This document shows, piece by piece, positions 27,098-41,676 of a stretch of 64,000 nucleotides of DNA. Made by a program: the position numbers and the translations under genes. The stretch's first letter is position 1. Every line of letters begins with the position of its first letter. The notes under the pieces are model-generated. The model saw nothing but the letters and a program-made list of their open reading frames with translations. It made no database searches and had not been told where the DNA came from. Origin of the DNA: Octopus vulgaris (lineage: Eukaryota); the NCBI GenBank assembly GCA_951406725.2, contig OX597834.1, positions 24,676,001 through 24,740,000 of the forward strand. The letters run 5' to 3'.

Positions 27098-27180
<83 letters not shown>

Positions 27181-27498
27181 GCAGTGAGAGTGTATGTATG
27201 TATGTATGTATGTATGTATGCAACAACAGTGTACCGGAAGAGGCAATGTAGGTGCGCCGCAATTCAAGCGACTAAGATATTTATTCGCCATGTAAAAGAT
27301 ACATGTTATTCCCGATTCATCTCTCTATACGTTGTGCTTTTATACAACCGTAAACAATGACGTTGTCCTTTGTCCTTTTCCATTCAAATTTAAACTTTCT
27401 TTAACCATCAATCGGAAAAGTAATAGCAAGGTCTTATAATTGATCTCCAGTGTGGCATGAAAGAAATGTGAATGAATGAATGTGCAAAAATGAAATGG

Positions 27499-27586
<88 letters not shown>

Positions 27587-27627
27587 TTGTATATATATGT
27601 ACACATATATGTATTTATTAATGTACA

Positions 27628-27663
<36 letters not shown>

Positions 27664-27700
27664 CATCATGTTTTTTCCTTCTTTCTTCAAATTTTCTTCC

Positions 27701-27740
<40 letters not shown>

Positions 27741-28797
27741 GAGTGAGAGAGCAGTGCATGCTATCAAAGTGACACTGGGGTAAAATATACGAAGCCCAGT
27801 ATACCCATCATGACTACCCGTCTGATAAGGGTACACTAGGCACATATACCACACCCATATGTGTGCGACATGGTGATAAACAGCACATGACCTTGCAGGT
27901 GGGGCCCAGTTAGAATTTTCTTCTGGTCGAGTAACCCATCCTGCTCAAAAGGTCCCTGTATAAGGGTTGTTTAAGGATGTTGAACGAAACACCCATGTTT
28001 CCAAAGGTGAATTATCCAAACTCCAAAGAGTTCCTTTCAACACATAGCTATGATGCTCCCCCACTACTCCTGCTCGTGATCAGAGATGCACATATCGTCA
28101 GCCACCAAGGGACATGCTCAACTGGTTATGGTCAAACAACTGACAAGCAAATCTGTGGTATTGAGCAGAATATTTACTGTAGCCCGTCTTTTATACCAAG
28201 ACAAAACAATTATTATTATTATTATTATTATTGAGTGAGAGAGCAGTTCATGCCATCAAAGTGACACTGGGGTAAAATATACGAAGCCCAATATACCCAT
28301 CATGACTACCCGTCTGATAAAGGTACACCAGGCACATGCATCACAACCATATGTGCGCGACATGGTGATCTCATATCAAAATAAACAGCACATGACCTTG
28401 CAGGTGGGGCCCAGTTAGAATTTTCTTCAGGTTGAGTAGCCCATCCTGCTCAAACGGTCCCTGAATAAGGGTTGCTTTAAGGATGTTGAAAGAAACACCC
28501 ATGTTTCCAGAGGTGAACTATTCAAACCCCAAAGAATCCCTCTCAACACATGGCCATGATACTCCCCCACTACTTCTGCTCGTGATCAGAGATGCACATA
28601 TCGTCAGCCACTAAGGGACATGCTCAACTGGTTACGGTCAAACAACTGATAAGCAAATCTGTGGTATTGAGCAGAATATTTGCTGTAGCCCATCTTTTAT
28701 ATCAAGACAAAACAATGTACATGATAACACTTCAAATCAGTTAAGATCAGAAGCCATAGAGCCACTGCCTGGTACTGCATCAGGGCATGCCTGGTAC

Positions 28798-28798
<1 letters not shown>
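27741..28798 (-). mobile_element. Two tandem copies of a ~470-560 bp non-coding element in a (TAT)n tract
   Basis: Copies 27741-28210 and 28233-28798 both begin GAGTGAGAGAGCAGT on the + strand and are separated and flanked by (TAT)n. Strand is inferred from the shared end. Confidence 0.85.
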
Positions 28799-28860
<62 letters not shown>

Positions 28861-28875
28861 CATTATTATTATTTA

Positions 28876-29080
28876 AGGCGATGAGCTGGTAGAGTCGTTA
28901 GCATGCAGCGCAAAATGCTTAGCAGTATTTCAGTCTGTCTTCATGTTCTGAGTTCAAATTCCGCCGCGGTCAGCTTCACCTTTCATCCTTTCGAGGTCGA
29001 TAAAATAAGTACCAGTTGAGTACTGGGGTCAATGTAATCGACTATTCTCCTCCCCAAGCTTTGTGCCTATAGCAGAAAGG
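28876..29080 (+). mobile_element. SINE family A copy
   Basis: Family A head and central domain. Confidence 0.8.
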
Positions 29081-29491
29081 ATTATTATTACTACTACTAC
29101 TACTACTATTATTATTATTACTACTACTACTATTATTATTATTATATGTATATTTATATATGTACATATATATATATATATGTATGGGTCAAAACACACA
29201 CACATAGAGAGAGAGAGAGAGGTGAATAGATACATAGATATACATATACTTATGAATAACCATATACATACATATTCATATAGCCATTTACACAAACATG
29301 TCAGAAGTTTATAGACACCCTTCGTTATATTGTTTCAGCTGTGCAGTCACTGCTCATTATTAGTACGATGGCCAGAATCTCTAAATCGCTAAATTATATA
29401 CTTCAATGTATGGCTAATAAATACTACATTAAGTGTTTAAATAGATTAAATGTCATCATTTTGTTTTTAGATATAACGTTTTCAGATAAAC

Positions 29492-30087
29492 GTGGCGAGT
29501 TGGCAGAAACGTTAGCACGCTGGGCGAAGTGCTCAGCAGTATTTCGTCTGCCGCTACGTTCTGAGTTCAAATTCCGCCGAGGTCGACTTTGCCTTTCATC
29601 CTTTCGGGGTCGATTAAATAAGTACCAGTTACGCACTGAGGTCGATATAATCGGCTTAATCCGTTTGTCTGTCCTTGTTTGTCCTCTCTGTGTTTAGCCC
29701 CTTGTGGGTAATAAAGAAATAAGTATTTCGTCTGCCATTACGTTCTGAGTTCGAATTCCGCCGAATCGACTTTGCCTTTCATCCTTTCGGGGTCAATAAA
29801 TAAAGTAGCATTTTCGCACTGGGGTCGATATAATCGACTTAATCCGTTTGTCTGTCCTTGTTTGTCCCTTCTGTGTTTAGCCCCTTGTGGGCAGTAAAGA
29901 AACAAGTATTTCGTCTGTCGCTACGTTCTGAGTTCAAACTCCGCCGAGGTCGACTTTGCTATTCATCCTTTTGGGGTTGATAAATAAAGTACCAGTTTCG
30001 CACTGGGGTCGATGTAATCGACTTAATCCATTTGTCTGTCTTTGTTTATCCCCTCTATGTTTATCCCTTTGTGGGTAGTAAAGAAAT
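29492..30087 (+). mobile_element. Head-to-tail trimer of SINE family A
   Basis: Units 2 and 3 both restart at GTATTTCGTCTG (29723 and 29906). Confidence 0.92.
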
Positions 30088-30334
30088 GTGTACATATAAA
30101 TAAATAGATTTATAGTTGTACCTAATGCGCGCGCACACAGACACACTCACATACACGCAAAACAGACGTTTACGCATACACATCGTCACGCGCACACACT
30201 TGTAGGGTTAATAATTGCTATGCCCCCGAGTGACTTTTGTCATTTTCAGCCGACTAAAACAAAAATAATATACGTATACAGACGCACACACACACCTGCT
30301 GCATATCAGGGCAAATTCATACTCAATAAGACTG

Positions 30335-30366
<32 letters not shown>

Positions 30367-31046
30367 ACACATTTTCGCCGTACACGTTCATTAGTTGTGA
30401 GGTGTTGGTTGGTAAAGATGAAAGGAACATCTGTTGTGCAGTTATTACAACATTAGTCGGGTCCCATCTCCGAACATCCCCCACTCCACCAAGAACAACA
30501 ACAGCAACAACAACAGCAACAACAACAACAGATGTTTATTTAATCGAAGACGGTGACGACAGTTTTCGAACTTTCAATTCCAGATTTAGAATGAATCAAC
30601 CGTGGATTCGAAATTTTCTTAACGTTAAAATATTATTTTCCTATCAGTCACGTGACCCGGCATTCTCTGTTTACTGGCGCCTCTCAAGGGGTGAAGTAAT
30701 TATTTTTATTTATTATCCAACGTAAAAAGTAGGTTGAAGGTTCGAATCCAGTTAAAGTTTGAAGTTCTAAAAAATTTTTATGAAAATAATATATATTTTT
30801 TCTATCATTCATTATTAATTTTCAATGTCAAGATGTAAAGCAAAAGGTTAAGGTTCACATCTAAGTAAAGTTATTGCTTTTGTCTTATTTTCTCCCCCCC
30901 CCCCCATTTCAAGACAGCTTCTGATGGCAAATCGGAATATAAATGCCTAAGTGTCTTCAGTTTAATTGCGGCACCTGGCGGCAAGGGGTAATGTACGGAA
31001 ACTTTTAGTCTGCCTATCTAACTGAAAGAACTCCTTGTATATATAA

Positions 31047-31278
31047 AGGCAGCGAGCTGGCAGAACCGTTAGCACGCCAGGCAAAATGCGTAGCGGTATT
31101 TCGTCTGCCGTTACGTTCTGAGCTCAAATTCCGCCGAGGTCGACTTTGCCTTTCATCCTTTCGGAGTCGATAAATTAAGTACCAGTTACGCACTGGGGTT
31201 GATGTAATCGACTTAATCCATTTGTCTGTCCTTGTTTGTCCCCTCTATGTTTAGCCCCTTGTGGGTAATAAAGAAACA
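31047..31278 (+). mobile_element. SINE family A, full length, followed by a family B 3' part (31330-31560)
   Basis: Matches other copies. Confidence 0.9.
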
Positions 31279-32620
31279 GAACTCCATCGTATACACACAC
31301 ACACACACACACATACACATATATATGTGTGTGTTTGTGTGTATCTTTCTGTCTGTTAGTTTCCCACTGCCGCTTGACGACCAGTATTGGTGTGTTTACG
31401 CCCTTGTAACTAAGCGGTTCGGCAAACGAGAACAGTAGAATAAGTAGTAGGCTTAAAAAAGATTAAGTCCTGGGGTCAATTTGTTCGACTAATACCCTTC
31501 AAAGTGGTGCTCCAGCATAGCCAACATCAAATGGTTGATACAAGTAAAAGAATAAAAGATATAATAAAAGAATGGGCGGTTGTATTTAATCTTATATAAT
31601 TTGTCGTTAAACGATATTGAAACAATTGTAAACAATGGAACATAATATCTATAATTCCATTCTTCTTATTTCAATCACCACGTTAAACTTCTGGATTTTC
31701 AGTTTGTGTCGGATGGAAGCGATTTGTAGCGAAATTTTCCTTCCGACATATCCTCCTATTAGTCGATGTTTACTGGAGTGTTACGTGGAGTGACCGCCTC
31801 ACTTCCTGGATACCTCTCTTGTTGTGTGTGTGTGTAAGTGTAAGTGGGTGTGGGTTTTATATGTTGCTTACATTATAAGAATTTAGTAACTTCGAGAGAC
31901 GTGAAATAATTCGTTTTTATCCACATACATACATACATGCATACACGGCCATATTAACACATGGTTTAACAAAAACATTCACATAAACAGGGCCAATAAG
32001 TGAGAGCCCGGTAGGGGGCTGGCTCAGATGGTACTAGTGTCCGGGGCCAGGAGTCAATAAATGGCCCTGTGAATATATTCAGTATCCTTTCCCTCGAACA
32101 AAAAAAGAAAATAAATAAAAATGTATGTATGTATGCATGTCTGGGAAAGTAGAAATAAAATTTCACGGCCCCTTTTTAATTCGGGACCTGAACGCTGTCT
32201 CGCTTCACTCAACGAAGTTTTTCTCGGGGACATGGCACACACACACACACACACACAAACATACACACATACACACAAACACGCACACATATAAGAAGAC
32301 CGTTGCAGATTCGAGTTCTATGAGCAGCTTTCGACTATATATATGTATATATATATGTGTGTGTATGTGTGTGTGTTACTGACCCGTTGTACTTGTTTGT
32401 GTGTGTATGTGTGTGTACGCATGTGTGAGTGTTATTGAATGAATACCTTGCGTATATACGTGAGTAGGTGAATGTATAGAAGCACTTGTATGGTGCGTGT
32501 GTGTTGTGCATGCGAATACAACTGACGAATGCCGTATGGTCATGTATTCGTTAGAATGCGTGTCTAACCGCCACCTGTATGTGTGTCTGTATGTGTACTT
32601 GTTTATGTGTGTGTGTGTGA

Positions 32621-32661
<41 letters not shown>

Positions 32662-32835
32662 TAAGAGAAAGAGAGGCCGAGTGCAGGTGTACTAATGCCA
32701 TGTGTATATGTGTGGGTATGCGTGGATATGTGTGTGCGGATATATGTGTGTGGATATGTGTGTACGTGTGTGAATGAAAGACTGAGTGGGAGAGAAAGAA
32801 AAAGAGAAAGAAAGAGTACAGGTGAACTATCCCCA

Positions 32836-32874
<39 letters not shown>

Positions 32875-32978
32875 ATGAGCGCGCGTGTGTATTTCCCTGT
32901 GTGCATATATATATATATATATGTGTGTGTATATGTGTGGCACGCGTGTGCGTGTGTGTTCTGCTATAAACGGAAATG

Positions 32979-33017
<39 letters not shown>

Positions 33018-33602
33018 TGTGTGTGTGTAAGTACATGCTATCATTTTACCCGCGGTCAGCCATCCTCGAGGAGACTTATGATTAACGACGTTCCAGGCAT
33101 GTCCATCCCGTCTATTTAGCGGTATCTAACACCACATTACCGAATATGACCTTTCCTTGTTTATATGATAGCGATAGTATGATCTGACGGAGATTTGGCT
33201 GCTATTTCTAGCAGATCAGGCAACCTCATACAGGCTCTCTTGAATGAACCTGTCGTTATATGTATATGTATGTGCATGTGTGATCTATGTGTCTTGTGCA
33301 TCGTTGTATATTGTATTCGTGCGTTTGAAGCTGTGTGCGAATGTATGTGTGTGCGTGTGTATGTGTGTGTACGTGCACGCGCTATGCACTGAGGGTCTAT
33401 GTGTGTCTGTAACTTTGTAGCGCGTTCTATCTTTCATTTGTGTGTGTGTGTGTGTGTGTTGTTTATATGTCTATGTGTGTGAATTTATACTGTGTGTATG
33501 TGTCTGTTGTATGTGATGTAGGGGCGAGTGGGCATCGATTTGGGCCGTATATGCGTTGTTTCATATAAAACGGTGTGAGCTTTGTATGTCCTGTTGCATG
33601 TA

Positions 33603-33649
<47 letters not shown>

Positions 33650-33689
33650 GTGCGCGGGAGATACATCGCGCGCGCTTGTGTGTATGTGT

Positions 33690-34140
33690 AAGTGTGTGTA
33701 TGTGTGCATGTGTGTATGTGTGCATGTGTGCATGTGTGAGTGTGTGTATGTGTGCATGTGTGAGTGTGTGTATGTGTGCATGTGTGAGTGTGTGTATGTA
33801 TGCATGTGTGAGTATGTGTATGCGTGCATGTGTGAGTGTGTGTATGCGTGCATGTGTGAGTGTGTGTGCGTGTTCATGTGTGAGTGTGTGTGTGTGTGTG
33901 TGCATGTGTGAGTGTGTGCGTGTGTGCATGTGTGAGTGTGTGTATGTGTGCATGTGTGAGTATGTGTGCGTGTGCATGTGTGAGTGTGTGTATGCGTGCA
34001 TGTGTGAGTGTGTGTGCGTGTGCATGTGTGAGTGTGTGCGTGTGCATGTGTGAGTGTGTGTGTGTGCATGTGTGAGTGTGTGTATGTGTGCATGTGTGAG
34101 TGTGTGTATGTGTGCATGTGTGAGTGTGTGTGCGTGTGTG
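33690..34140. repeat. Minisatellite, ~24 bp unit TGTGCATGTGTGAGTGTGTGTATG
   Basis: Periodic GCATGTGTGAGT; source of the HMHTYTHS pseudo-ORF. Confidence 0.9.
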
Positions 34141-34272
34141 TTAATGTGTTTGATTATATTCTGCAAGTGTGTGTGTGCGTGCGTGTGTGTGCGTGTGTGT
34201 GTGTTTGTATGTCTATGTAGGAGCGTGTGTTATTATATACCGCATGTGTGCGTATATGTGTGTGTATGGGTG

Positions 34273-34305
<33 letters not shown>

Positions 34306-34588
34306 AATTATATACTGATGTTAGTGTCTGTGTGTGTATGTTCATGTGAATGTCTGAATGTATGTATAATGGTATACCGCAGGTGCGTGTTCGTATGTGG
34401 ACGCGGTTGTATGCCGCATGAGTGTGTGTGTGTGTATATGTGTATGTGTGTGCGCTTATATGCAGCAGGTGTGTATTAGTGTGTGTTTGTATGTGGTTAT
34501 ATGCCGCATTTGTATGTGTGTGTGTGTGTGAGTGTGTGTGTGATTGTGACTGTGCGCCGTCGTCGTATGCGCGTGTGCTAGCGAATGC

Positions 34589-34627
<39 letters not shown>

Positions 34628-34785
34628 CTTAATGCGCGTGTGCGTGTATGTATCTGCGTGTGTGTGTGTGTGAGTGTGTAAGAGTGAGCTACAATGTATG
34701 GGTTTATGTATATCTGTGTGCTAGAATTGCTATGTATGTGAGAGAAAGCGTGTGTTACAGACAGTGTGAGAGAGTATGTATGTGC

Positions 34786-34832
<47 letters not shown>

Positions 34833-35175
34833 TATGTTTTCCAGTTTCAGCTCTTGAGCTGTGGCCATGCTGGGGCACCGCCATTTATATATATATTGTA
34901 TATATGCATTAATGTGTGCAGGAAAATCTCTGTATGTGTGTGAATGTGTGTATGTATGTGTTTATGTATGTGTGTATATGTGTGTATGTATGTGTATGTG
35001 AGTGTGCGCGATTGCAAGTGTGTTTACAAGTGACGAATATGAGCAATTTTTTATCGCCGAGCATTTTGTGTATACACACGTGTGTGTGCATGTGTGTGTG
35101 TGTGTGTGTGTGCATTATGTTTGTGTATATGTATGCATGAATATCTGCGACAGAATCTATGTATGTATGTGTGTG

Positions 35176-35251
<76 letters not shown>

Positions 35252-35286
35252 TGTCCGTTCATGGAAAGAAACGAAATAAAAAAAAT

Positions 35287-35318
<32 letters not shown>

Positions 35319-35367
35319 GCGTGTTTATGTCGGGGAGGAAGCGTAGAGGAAAAGGAAAAGATAAAGA

Positions 35368-35402
<35 letters not shown>

Positions 35403-35539
35403 AGAGAAACAAAAGGAATAAAAGAGAAAGTGAGAGAAGGAGCAAAACAGTGCGTGTGAGAGAGAGAGAGAGAGAGAGGGGAGAGACAGAGAAAGTGTAG
35501 AATGTGAGAGGGTGAGGGTGTGAGGATGAGTGAGTCTCA

Positions 35540-35780
35540 TTTCAGTGAAGACTGTGAGAGCTGTTAGCCGTCAGTATTGAAAGCTAATTCAGTGTTTGTG
35601 GACCTATAGGAGAGGATATAGATATATATATATACAGATACTATCATGTTTTAATATATATACACGCTCACAAACACACACACGCATATATATTTACATA
35701 AACATACATATATCTATTTCTATATATATATATAGAAATATTTATACAGAAGCATTACTAACTTAGACGCACGCACCTGC

Positions 35781-35836
<56 letters not shown>

Positions 35837-36205
35837 AAGTGCAAACACATACACATATATATATAGACAAACGCACATATTCATACACACACGTGCACAT
35901 ACACACACACATATACTTATATACACGCGCGTACACACACATACACACATTCAACTAACATCTTGTGTGGACGTGTGGAGTTAAAACATTTCGTGCACGG
36001 ATAATAATTGTAATCTACAACCTACAACGACACTCGCGAGTATATATACTCTGTAAACTGTAATTACTATTATATAGATATATACACACACGCTCTTCGT
36101 TGTTGTTTGTATATATAATTAAACATATATACAGAGGAAATAAGCTATATGGAAACCAAAATATACACTCGTGCATGGAAAATCTACATATTATATTACT
36201 GAACG
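35540..36205 (+). other. Possible 5' exon of a host gene
   Basis: GA-rich tract upstream; TCATTTCAGT initiator-like motif; SINE-free stretch; ATG at 36175 giving MENLHIILLN; consensus donor G|GTAAGT at 36206. Confidence 0.35.
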
Positions 36206-36345
36206 GTAAGTTTGGTTTTTATAGAAATTATCAATCTTGTGTTTATATATATATATATATTCTTTTTTTTCTTTCGCTTCGTAAATATATTTCTTCATTC
36301 TTTCATTCCTTTCGTGATTGCGGGTTTTCTTTCTCGTTTTGTTCT

Positions 36346-36396
<51 letters not shown>

Positions 36397-36507
36397 GCTT
36401 ATACTCTTTCTATTTATCTATCAAACTAACTCTCTCTTTTACTCTGTTTCTATCTGTCTCTCTGCTTTCGTATCTGCTTAATTATCCGTGTGTCTTCTCA
36501 AATCTCC

Positions 36508-36584
<77 letters not shown>

Positions 36585-37342
36585 CACACTCACATTTCTA
36601 CGCGGTTTGTAGGGCAAACAAACGTTTCTATTTCTTACTGTTAAACCTCTTTCCTCCACCTTCCATTTCTAAACAAACCTTTTCCCACCTGAATGAATTT
36701 GCTGGACCCGGTTTCGAATCCTATCGCCGCTGACGAATGGTTTCAACCAGCATTACTACTACTACATTATTAGTTCGCTGTACTATCCTGTCTCCACCGC
36801 TACTACTACCACCACCACCACCAATAATAATAACAACAAGGGAAACACGTGTCGACGAGGTGCCTTTCCTTGGTCGCTAGATCTACTAGAAATAGCAACG
36901 AAACTTCCACCAAATCACTTCCTATCACCTTTCGAGAAGAAAAGATATGGGATGATAAAACCTTGGATAAAATTATGTTTCGAGTAAAATAAAGGCAGGT
37001 TGGTCACTTTTGGAACGCTTTCAGGCCACAGGTCTGTATCTGCTCAATCAGAACTGATATGGGACTAAACAACAAACAACGCAATCATTATCAATAATAA
37101 CATCAGCAACCTTTGAAAGTGTGTAAGTGGTCGACCAATTTGCTAAAAATAGTAACCTAAGTCTTCGTCAAATGGGAGGCTTCCATTGAATAAATATAAT
37201 CTAAAGACTGTCTTTGGCCCAACGTCCTTTAATTAAGGGCGAAACTCAGGGTTAAGAAACAACAACATCAGTTATCAACATCCAAACCAATAATGATTAC
37301 GAACGATTGGTAGGGCCAAGGAGGGGTTGTATGGGGGTATAA

Positions 37343-37570
37343 AGGCGGCAAGCTGGCAGAAACGTTAGCACACCGGGCGAAATGCTTAGCAGTATTTCGT
37401 CTGCCACTACATTCTGAGTTCAAATTCCGCCGAGGTCGACTTTGCCTTTCATCCTTTCGGGGTCGATTAAATAAGTACTAGTTACGCACTGGGGTTGATC
37501 GACTTAATCCGTTTGTCTGTCTTTGTTTGTCCTCTCTGCGTTTAGACCCTTGTGGGTAGTAAAGAAATAG
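37343..37570 (+). mobile_element. SINE family A, full length
   Basis: TSD GGTATAA at 37336 and 37570. Confidence 0.9.
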
Positions 37571-38075
37571 GTATAAGGGGGTGCAACGAGCTGGGCCCAG
37601 GGATTTACCGGGACCTCAATCAATGTTTATATATTGAAAAGAAAGGCGGTTCATCAGAAGTAAGCTTTGTAGTCTTTGTAATTTCACTCGTAAATATCTG
37701 CACATTTCAGATCCCTTGAATTTTAAGAAAGGACACAGTTAATTGCATCTACCCCTTCAATATTTTACGGGTCCTTATTTCGTTTAGGTCCCACCACCAT
37801 CACACTACATAGTACATATAGGAGGTGCTGCCCCACCACCTGCGGGAAGATAAATGCCGCACCTTCTCATCATTTTAGCTATGCTAGTACCTGAACCGAA
37901 CTCGGGCCCTGGAGGATGCAAGCCAAATTCATCCCTCTCGGGATTGGATCTCGAGCCCTTTATACTCAAATACCGTCAGTCCTTCTGATCGGTGCGCCAT
38001 CGATTTTTTTCAGCAATAAGTGGCTTTGAGACCTAGGGGTAAGCGATTAAATCGATCCCAGTACATAAAATCATG

Positions 38076-38225
38076 GGCGCAGGTGTGGCTGTGTGGTAAG
38101 AAGTTTGCTCTAAACCACATGTTCCCGGGTTCAGTGGAACCTTGGGCAAGTGTCTTCTACTATAGCCTCGGGCCAACCAATGTCTTGTGAATGGATTTGG
38201 CAGATGAAAACTGAAAGAAACCGGT

Positions 38226-38267
<42 letters not shown>

Positions 38268-38466
38268 TGTGTAAGTGTGTCTTCCTGACAACTGGTGTGG
38301 ATTTGTTTACGTACCCGTAACTTAGCGATTCGGCAAAAAAAGAACGATAGAATAAGTAACAGACTTAAAAAAGAAACGTACTGGGGTCGATTCGTTCGGC
38401 TGAAAATTCTTCAAGGAGGTGCCCCAGCATGGCCGCATTGTTATGACTGAAACAAGTAAAAGAAAA
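38076..38466 (+). mobile_element. SINE family B, full length
   Basis: Head GGCGCAGGTGTGGCTGTGTGGTAAG; standard family B tail. Confidence 0.85.
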
Positions 38467-38893
38467 CTATTGATGACTGGTACTTAGTTTTATCAATGCG
38501 AAAAGATAAAAGACAAAGTTGACCTCAGTAGGATTCGAACTCAGATCGCTACAGAACCTGAACAAACACCTCTAGTCATTTTGTCTATCTGAATGACACC
38601 TGAATGAGGATTTCTCTCTAATAGACACGCGGGTACACATTTGGGGGATAGGGGATTAAATACCGGCCACCATGTCCTGTGTAGATTGGTGACTTTATTT
38701 TATCGATCTCTAAATGACACAAAATAAAGTTGATTCATGGCAAGATTTGAACCCGTAACCTAAACGGAATGCTCTCCTGATTCTGTCATCATCTAATAGC
38801 GATATCAGTTGATTATTAACAATATATAATGGCTGTGGCCCAGTATAGCTGCAGCTCTCGGGCGGAAACTAGTAAAGGATAAAGGATATCGTA

Positions 38894-39390
<497 letters not shown>

Positions 39391-39519
39391 ACTGGTATAC
39401 GGGAGGCGGATGTGTGCATATTTAGTAATCAGCTGATAAACTTGGTCACTTGCTTAAGGACTTTCAAAACCTATTTAGAGATTTACGGAATCTCAAAGAA
39501 GCCGTTTATTTATTTAATT

Positions 39520-39554
<35 letters not shown>

Positions 39555-40283
39555 CGGAGAGATGAGGAATTTGAATTGGGAGCGTAGGGAGTCGGAAAGA
39601 GACTCCCTATCCGGCGCCCTAATAACTGCGCTAAGTCTCACCCTTCATAAATGATATCTAATACTATATTGGTCAATATTATATGAAACATGATATAGTC
39701 AGGCAGGATCGTCACGGGTTGATCGTTTCTGATCATAGATTTACTCAGAGCCGAGTTGGGACTGAGGCTGGCCACCACAGCAGCCAAAATACTCCTTATC
39801 GGCTTCAGAAGAAAGGAAGGATGCCTTGGCTAATGAACTCCCAGATAAATCACGTCTGAATAAAAGACTGATAGGCGTAGCCGGATTGCTTTTGATCATA
39901 GGTTTCCTGAATCCATGATGACCAAGGGTTAAATTACAACACACTACGACGGAGCGGTGAAGACTCGATCTGCTAAAAATTGCAGCCAAATCTCCTTCAA
40001 AACCACTGGCCGTTTAATAGAAGGTGTGAACACAGTGGGCAATGAAGAGATAAACAAAATATGGGTTGACCACGGTTGGGCTGTCTTTGAATCATTGATC
40101 AGCTCGGTCAGGACAAACATGGGTTAAAGAATCATCACTACGAAAGAGAAGGAAAGTAAGACAAGAAAGGAAAAGGAAAAGAAAGAATAAATGAAAAAAT
40201 AGGCGAAAGAATGAGAGACAAAGACAAAATGAAAGAGAAAACGAATGAATGAGGAAGAATGAAAAATAACCAAAGAAACGATG

Positions 40284-40320
<37 letters not shown>

Positions 40321-40610
40321 GCTGGAAACAATGAGAGAGAGAAAACATAGGGAAAGATAAAAGAAATGAAAGCGGAATATGTATACATATTTACTATCAC
40401 AATTATACTCAGACGCTTTTGTTGGTTCCATGCCTTAGACCGTGCCATGCTGGGGCACTGTTTCCAAGAGTTTTATTCAATCATATCAATCTCAGAACTT
40501 TTTTTTATCGAACTGTTAAGTTACGGGACATAACAACACACAACACCACCTATTAGACAAAAGTAAATATGAAAGCGGACCCCCCACCACCGCACACAAA
40601 CACTCTCTCC

Positions 40611-40651
<41 letters not shown>

Positions 40652-40740
40652 TAGTTTCACAATTCAGTTTAATTCAACAACATACTTTTAATACCAAACA
40701 TAGAGTGTACCGTCTCTGACAAACTGACATTTCAAAATAT

Positions 40741-40775
<35 letters not shown>

Positions 40776-40919
40776 TGTGTGTGTGCATAGCTGCATACCT
40801 AACTGGGTGTGAGTGTGTGTACACTATATATACATGTATGTATTTCTATATACATACCTATATAAACATACGTGTGTGTGTGTGTGTCTGTGTGTGTATC
40901 ATTTTATACGTTTTTTTCT

Positions 40920-41167
40920 TTCATTTGTTTCAGTCATTTGACTGCGGCCATGCTGGAGCACAGCCTTTAGTCGAACGAAATCGACCCAAGGTGTTATTCT
41001 TTGTAACCCTAGCACTTATTCTATTATCGGTCCCTTTTGTCGAACAGACTGCTTTCAGTTTCCGTCTCCCAAATCCACTTACAAGGCTTTGGCCGGTTCG
41101 AGGTTATAGTAGAAGACACTTGTCAAAGTGAACCTGGAAGCAAGCTTCGTACCACACAGCCACGCCT

Positions 41168-41170
<3 letters not shown>
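40920..41170 (-). mobile_element. SINE family B, internally deleted
   Basis: Matches family B blocks. Confidence 0.8.
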
Positions 41171-41237
<67 letters not shown>

Positions 41238-41333
41238 GGAATTTACAAAAAAAAACCCCCAAAAGACGAAGACAGGTGTGTAAACAACAAACAGGTGTAT
41301 TAATTTGTTTAACGCTCGGGAAAGTGAGAATGT

Positions 41334-41369
41334 CTTTTACGTTTCGAGCCTACGCTCTTCAACAGAAAA
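41334..41369 (-). ncRNA. Minimal hammerhead-like motif, A6U variant (element 41236-41432)
   Basis: Minus strand TTTT-CTGTTGA-A-GAGC(gtag)GCTC-GAAA-CGTA-AAAG. Confidence 0.5.
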
Positions 41370-41455
41370 GAACACGAGAAAATAAACAGAGGGAATAAAG
41401 AAAGCTTTAGTGGCTAGCGGTCACTCATGGTGATATATATATATAGAGAGAGAAT

Positions 41456-41656
41456 GGGTGCTGGAAAGTTCCTGCGTTTCGGTAAAAGAAAATGCATGAA
41501 GGTCTGTTAGTTGTGATTTATTCTCAGATTCATACACTTATTGCAGCTTTCCTTTAGTTTTTCTAAGCCCTGTAGAACAACTCAGAAGGTTGGGTCTTCA
41601 GCCAGGCCTTTCGTGAGACACTTAAAGCCAGGAACTTTTCAGTACACCACCTCGTA
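41456..41656. mobile_element. Mariner-like MITE
   Basis: Imperfect TIRs GGGTGCTGGAAAGTTCCTG and CAGGAACTTTTCAGTACACC..CTCGTA. Confidence 0.7.
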
Positions 41657-41676
41657 TACATACGTGTATGAATATT

